From assembly GCF_000315625.1 (NCBI RefSeq), contig NW_005434606.1, positions 123,154-187,153 of the forward strand: DNA of 64,000 nucleotides, given 5' to 3'. Below, piece after piece: positions 58,401 to 64,000 of this stretch. The notes under the pieces were generated by a model. The model searched no databases, had not been told where the DNA came from, and saw only the letters and a program-made list of their open reading frames with translations. Source of the stretch: Guillardia theta CCMP2712 (Eukaryota > Protista > Cryptophyta). Every line of letters starts with the position of its first letter. Within the stretch, counting starts at the first letter, position 1. The position numbers and the translations under genes were made by a program.

Positions 58401-61400
58401 ATGCGTCTGATAGAGCTGAGCCCAGCTCTGAGCGGAATGGTCGGAATGTCCATGGTGACGCTGGGGACCGGGAGCTACAAGGTGCTAGTCGTCGGAGGAT
58501 CAGAACAGAGCTACAACTCGCTGTACCTGATGGATCAGAAGCTTGCTCCTTACACTTCTGGCACGCTCATGATCAGTGAGGTTGAGTACAACGCAGGCAC
58601 AACCATCCAGAGCTCAATCTCAACAGCCTACGAGATGACTGGCCACTCGGTGGTGGTGAACAGCTCAGCCGCCATCATCTGCGGGGGCTTCATCGCCAAC
58701 TCCCTCTCCAGCGCCATCTTCGTGTACGACCTCAGTGCTGCTGACCCCTCCCTTGGGCTGTCAACCGTGTCCAACTACGGAGACAGCCCCTCTGCTCGAG
58801 GCTTCGAGGGCCTCGCCAAGCCAGACTCGAAGACGCTGCTCATGTATGGGGGGATGCAAATCAGGAAGCCCATAGGAGACCTCTGGAAGTTCGACCTCGC
58901 CACTCAGAGCTGGCAGCTGGTCCACACAACAAAAGCCAGCAGCAAGTCGCCTGATCCGTCCGCCTTCTCCGCCTTCACCTCCTTCACGGCGACGGGGGTC
59001 CAAGGCAAAATTATGGTGTCGCACGGGGGGATCCTGCAAGGCTACGCGAAAGGCACGACGTTCTTGCCGGGGAGCAGCAGCGACACGGTGAACCAGGTGC
59101 GATCAACAGGTAACATCTACTTCTCTCAAGACATCACGTCGACAGACCCAACTTCTTGGATCGGAGCCCGAGCTGCGATAGGGCAGAGCTTTCCAGGGCG
59201 ATGCATGCACACCATTCTGAATGGAATCTTCTTGCCCGGCAAGGACTCGATCCTCTTTCATGGCGGCGTCGGCAGCACTGGACAAGGATTGTCTGACATG
59301 TGGCTGATGGATATCACATCTATCACCCCCGGTGTGAACATGAGGATCATCTTCGACGGCGTCACAGCGTCAGAGTTTACCTCAACTGTAGTTGATGACC
59401 TGAAGGTGTTGTTCAAGTACCCTGTGCTGATCTCTACAGACCCGATCTTATCAATGTTTTATTCCCCTGATGTCCTCACGGGCATCTACAGCAGCATATC
59501 AGTGATAGACAATCCAAATCGGAATCAGTCCATCATAGTCTCCTTCGCTTCAACACCGAACTCAGCATTTACTCTCATGTATTCTCTATTTTCATCCGTT
59601 GATCAGTGGAGCAGCACGCTATCATCTATGTTGGAGGCTGTCCAGTACGTGCCGAGTCAAGCAGCACTTGCATCCAAAGACATCTTGTCCAAGCTCGTGC
59701 TGTCCAACGACAACGGGCAGTTTAGTGATATCAACTATGAAGATTTCAAAGGATATCTGTTAAATGGTTTCAGGGACTACATGTTCAGTCTGTACAAGTT
59801 TGATGCAGCGAGCAGCTGTAAGAGCTCGAAGAACGCAGGTGCGTGTAATGCGTGTGATGTCGCTTGACGCGTTGTTGCTTCTGACATACGTTTACAGGAT
59901 GCATGCGCGGAGTTTGTCAAGGGACAGTAGAGGACTTCAATCTCGGGGAGGTCGAGACATTCGACTACGGCGGCAGTAGGTACTGCTATGGCGATCAAAC
60001 CAGCAGCGATCGATGCTCTGCCGACTACGCATGCTCCCTGCCAAACATCCGCCATGGTCATCGATCCGTCGCCTTCTCGTTCCGAGGGACCGTAAGTGCC
60101 TCTTCCAGATTCTCTGATCCCTCCGCCTACTTTCGCTCCTCACCATGCGAGCTTCATCCTCTCTGACTAGCTTGCAGAACCTCATCTACTTGACCTTCGG
60201 AGGAGAGACAACCGACCTAGTCAAGCAGACTAATGGAGGTCTGACAGCTGGGACTGGCAGCTTGAGCAACGAAGTTCACACTGCATACTTTACATCCGAC
60301 GAGGCTTTCTTCGTCAAGCTCATGACCAGCTGCGACATCACCGGTGGTGCCTGTCCAACCAAACGAAGAGACGCGTCGATCGCCCTCATGGGCAACACCG
60401 GGAGCGTCAACGGCCGTCTGCTTGTGTTCGGTGGGATCACGTGCGCAGGAACAACCGGCTGCAGCCGCTCGGTCATCTTTGACTACCTCGATGGCGCTGG
60501 CAGTACCTCGGCGACTGCGCTGAACGACCTCTGGTCTCCTCGTCCTCCTTGCTGCCTCATGGCCTGACGAGGGTTGTAGGTACCTCGATCTCACCGACCT
60601 CGATCTTAACTGCCTGTCAACTGGGAGCTGCCTTACTACCTTGCCGTGGGCTGAGGTGACGTCAACAGCATCGGTCGTGTAAGCGCGACGGTCGCTGACG
60701 AGTCGATGCAGGTGGATGTGCCAGGCTCGCGTCCATCAGGTCGCTTCGGTGCTGGCATCGAGCTGGACCTGACGAACTACTACTTGTATATTATCGTGAG
60801 TCCTTGTGAGCTTGTACGTCGGCCAGGAAGTGAGTCAGCGCAGGGAGGCACCGGTTACACCAGTGGAGTTGGATTCGTAGACTACGGCGATCTCTACGTG
60901 TTCCAGCTAACCGACGCTTTCTACAAGCGATGCAGCGCGACAGGTCAAGCGCTTACATCCGCCATGGCAGGAGTGAATGCCATCTTCTACCTGCAGTGTC
61001 AGGTTAGCGAGGGAGGCGATTGGCGTGAAGCTGATGTGAGAACACTTGCAGGACAACTTCGGACAACCAGCGGACGGAGCAAAGTTCGCCGTCGAGATCT
61101 CAGGCACTAACCTTCCGAGCATTTCTCCTTCGGTTGTCAGCCTGGGCAACGGGCAGTATCGCTGCGCTTACACGCCCGTGGTGATCGGAACCTACAAGCT
61201 GAGCATCTTCGTGGGGAGAGGAGGCTCAACCTACCAGGACCTCATCTCCGGATACGATAAGGAGCCGACGAACTCGATCAATGAGTTCGAGCTGCTGGGC
61301 AACAGAGCTAATCCCAACCCCTTCACGCTCGCAGTTCTGCCGGGCTCGACCTCACCTGACACGTCGGTTGCTACTGGCGACTTCCTCTCCCTCACCACCT

Positions 61401-62969
61401 GTGGCGTCGTGTCGACCTTCATGATCACAGCACTTGACGCCTTTGGTAACCGCCGACCTGGTAGAGACAGTCTCAACGCCATCATGACCTTGTGGGACGT
61501 GGCCAAGGCTGCTCCGGTGGACTCTGGAGCTGATCCGCAAACTGCCGTCATCTTTGACAACACGGACGGCAGCTACGAGACTTCCTACAAGATCACCCGG
61601 TCGGGCAGCTACTCCCTCGAGATCAACTTTGCGGGGGTGGTGGGAGCAGGTACCCCTCTCATCCTAGAGGTGCAGTCAGCTCCAGCTGACCTGTCCAAGA
61701 CGTACGTGTACGGGCAGCTGAGAAACATCGTGGCTGGGTCAGCATCCACCCTCTACGTGCAGACGCGCGACAAATACGGGAACAACATCCGGGCGAGTCC
61801 AGCTGACTACCCGCAGGGCACGGAGAGCATCGAGTTCGAGATCTGCAAGACGTTTGGGAACAACGCACAAGACCCTTGCGGAGGAGGACAGATCGAGAGC
61901 AGCGTCGGCATCACCATCGACTACTCCATCGGTCCGGACGGTCAGGCAACCTCCTCGTCCACGGGCCTGCCCTACTTCGGCCTGTATCAGATCACCTACT
62001 TCCCCTTCAATGACGGGGTTGTGTCCCCGCAGGTGCCGCACTCATGACTAGCCGTTGGCTCGACCGTTTTGATCCTCGCGGTGCAGGTGAAGCACAATGG
62101 AACCTACGTGCAGTGCTTCTTCGATACCACAGGGCTGGCAGGAGCAGCTCTGTCCCCAGACATCAACGTGGTGGACGCATGCATCGTCAAGGTAAGCGTC
62201 GGGCACAAGGAGGAGCAGGTGGAGCAGGTGGAGGAGGAGGTGTGGTGGTAATGGTGGTGGTGGAGGAGGAGGAGGAGACGCCTTTGTGAGGGAGAACCCG
62301 GTGCAGGTATCTGGCAGCTCAAGCTCGTCGGCTCGTGGGGCAGGACGGGAGGTGCTGTTGAGCAGGAGGGTGTCAAGCTTGACCAAGGACGACCTGTCGG
62401 TGTCGATCAAAGCAAGCTTCACTCCTCCAGGTGCCTGTCAGCAATTGCGAGGGAGGCCTGTCTGACGAGTCTGGCAGACACAACCAACCTCCAGCACTGG
62501 CTCAAGTTGGGGCCAATCCTTTGTGCTATTGTCGGAGTTGGGCTGCAGGTGATCTTCTTCATGATGAGCGTTTTCGGCCGGCGCAAGACCGGGGGAGGGA
62601 GCAAAGAGGAGCCGAAGATGCAGGAGGATGAAATCGTGGAGATGCCAGACCAGCATGCGAGACCTCCGGAGCCAGACACCCCAGAGATCGCTGCTCTCAG
62701 ACAGATGCAGGTGAGTTTCTCGCTCCCTCCTCCAGCTCCTCTCTCTCGTCTAAACGCTAGCTGTGCAGAGCAAGGGGTTGATCAGTGAGGAGCAAATGAA
62801 GAGGGCGGTTGACATGATCCGAGACAAAAACGAGATGCTCCTCGGGGCTGTGGTAAGACACTCATACATTTGACAAGGGAGATTACTGAGATTGTTGATG
62901 CAGGATTCGATCATGAAGCAGGAGAAGAACGTCTCGCGTTTGCTACAGCAAATGCTCAACGCACACTGA
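52462..62969 (+). CDS. Giant multi-exon type-I membrane protein: Kelch repeats, LamG-like domain, Cys-rich region, more Kelch repeats, filamin/Ig-like repeats, TM, short tail
   Basis: Kelch units (PRYGHGSV...YIHGG...NDLW; ARFGHAM...VFGG...NDLW); LamG-like GQWHHVCFT...FKGNIDKIRLW; CGDG...EQCD; filamin-like GQYRCAYTPVVIGTYKLSI and DGSYETSYKITRSGSYSLEI; TM VGPILCAIVGVGLQVIFFMMSVF followed by GRRK; TGA 62967-62969. Confidence 0.8.
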
Positions 62970-63012
62970 GTTGCCCTCATACAATTTTTACCGTCGACGA
63001 TATTCGTGCTGA

Positions 63013-64000
63013 TCAAATGAATGTCGAGTGTTTGAATCGTTCCAACTCTCTTTGAACCTCCTTGAGATTTTCCATCTCTGCTCGTAAGTTGGAGAGCTCG
63101 GTCTGCCTCCCTCTCAGGTGCCTCTCGAACAACCCCAAAGTCTTGTTGCAGAGCTGGTCGAACCCACTCGGAACAGCACTGCTTGCCCCGTCTATTTCCG
63201 TAGAGCGTGTAGTTGTTCTGTTCTTGAGATGGAACGCGACTTGCTCGAGGCTGTGTAGAATCAAGTCGGCCGTCCCTTCAAATGCACAGAGCTCCGTCAA
63301 GATCTGCAGGCAGGTATCATAGCACCTAGCACCTCCCCCAGCGAGGTCAACAGATGCCAACTGAAGCTCTTCGCCGCATCCCTCTCTTGCTGGCCCTGAG
63401 GGATCGAGCAGCTGAGAAGAGGAGCAACTTTCAATGGCACTGAAGCACTTCCTCATCAGAGACTTCCTCTGGTTCCTCTTGATAACGGACTCACGGCTGT
63501 AGAATACCTTGCGTCTGGTGGCGTACTCGTTCCAGGTGAAGATAGATTGAGCAAGGGACCTCTTGGAGCTGCTTCTGAGCATCAAGATACGGTTCTGATT
63601 CCTCCTCCTTGGCTCCCAAACTGCAAACATCCGCCAGAGGTTGAAGGAGGAATGAAGTGACTTAACTTCTGACCCTCCAACACCTCCAGCCCCTCCGTCT
63701 TCCTGCTGTTCCCCCTCACAAGCTTCATCCGCGAGTTCCTGATGGAGGCTGTTTTCTGTCACAGTGTTTATGTGATCATATATCGATGCTGCCATGGCAC
63801 AGCACTGCCTCCCCTTGATTCGCATGCTCACGAGCAATGCCGAGAGCTTTTCAGTCGCAGTGAGGGAAGGCAGCATTAACGCTGATAGGTTTCGAGAAAC
63901 ACAGGAAACCTCTCTTGACAGACTGTCTACCTCACGGTGTATCTGTTTCTCTGTGTCTGAGTCCGTCTCGAATTCTTCCTTGTCCTCTTCTGGTCGCAAC
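63013..64000 (-). CDS. 3' part of a hypothetical coiled-coil protein (truncated by the window end)
   Basis: 328-aa ORF running to the window edge, with helical composition. Confidence 0.5.
   Translation of the reverse strand, partial: LRPEEDKEEFETDSDTEKQIHREVDSLSREVSCVSRNLSALMLPSLTATEKLSALLVSMRIKGRQCCAMAASIYDHINTVTENSLHQELADEACEGEQQEDGGAGGVGGSEVKSLHSSFNLWRMFAVWEPRRRNQNRILMLRSSSKRSLAQSIFTWNEYATRRKVFYSRESVIKRNQRKSLMRKCFSAIESCSSSQLLDPSGPAREGCGEELQLASVDLAGGGARCYDTCLQILTELCAFEGTADLILHSLEQVAFHLKNRTTTRSTEIDGASSAVPSGFDQLCNKTLGLFERHLRGRQTELSNLRAEMENLKEVQRELERFKHSTFI

Overview
Eukaryotic nuclear DNA: a gene-dense draft scaffold with two N-gaps (846-1792, 19365-19464). It has many short GT-AG introns with a CTGAC-like branch point near the 3' AG, and longer introns filled with microsatellites. 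Bipartite signal+transit peptides, an RWP-RK factor and a ciliary-type protein suggest a flagellate alga with a complex red plastid, most likely a cryptophyte such as Guillardia (inference only). About 15 genes are recognisable: a 5-exon phytoene synthase fused in frame to an EF-hand pair; two PDZ genes; a KHA/DCX-like + NEK-like kinase + beta-helix protein; a multipass C-type-lectin-like protein; TM9SF/EMP70; an uninterrupted P-element-like DDE transposase; a probably myristoylated NPHP3-like NACHT/TPR protein; a plastid-targeted METTL21-like methyltransferase; an RWP-RK factor; an ankyrin protein; Exo5 fused to R3H; a secreted Cys-rich protein; and a giant Kelch/LamG/filamin surface protein. 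Best leads: (1) the candidate Ca2+-sensing phytoene synthase; (2) the transposase without visible TIRs, with three tandem palindromes in its 5' spacer; (3) an exon enclosed by a perfect 88-bp intronic inverted repeat; (4) a recurring intergenic layout of GC-rich palindromic islands, GGGGTAG tracts and an AACTTTGAGTAAA motif. Exon boundaries were read by eye and no searches were run.
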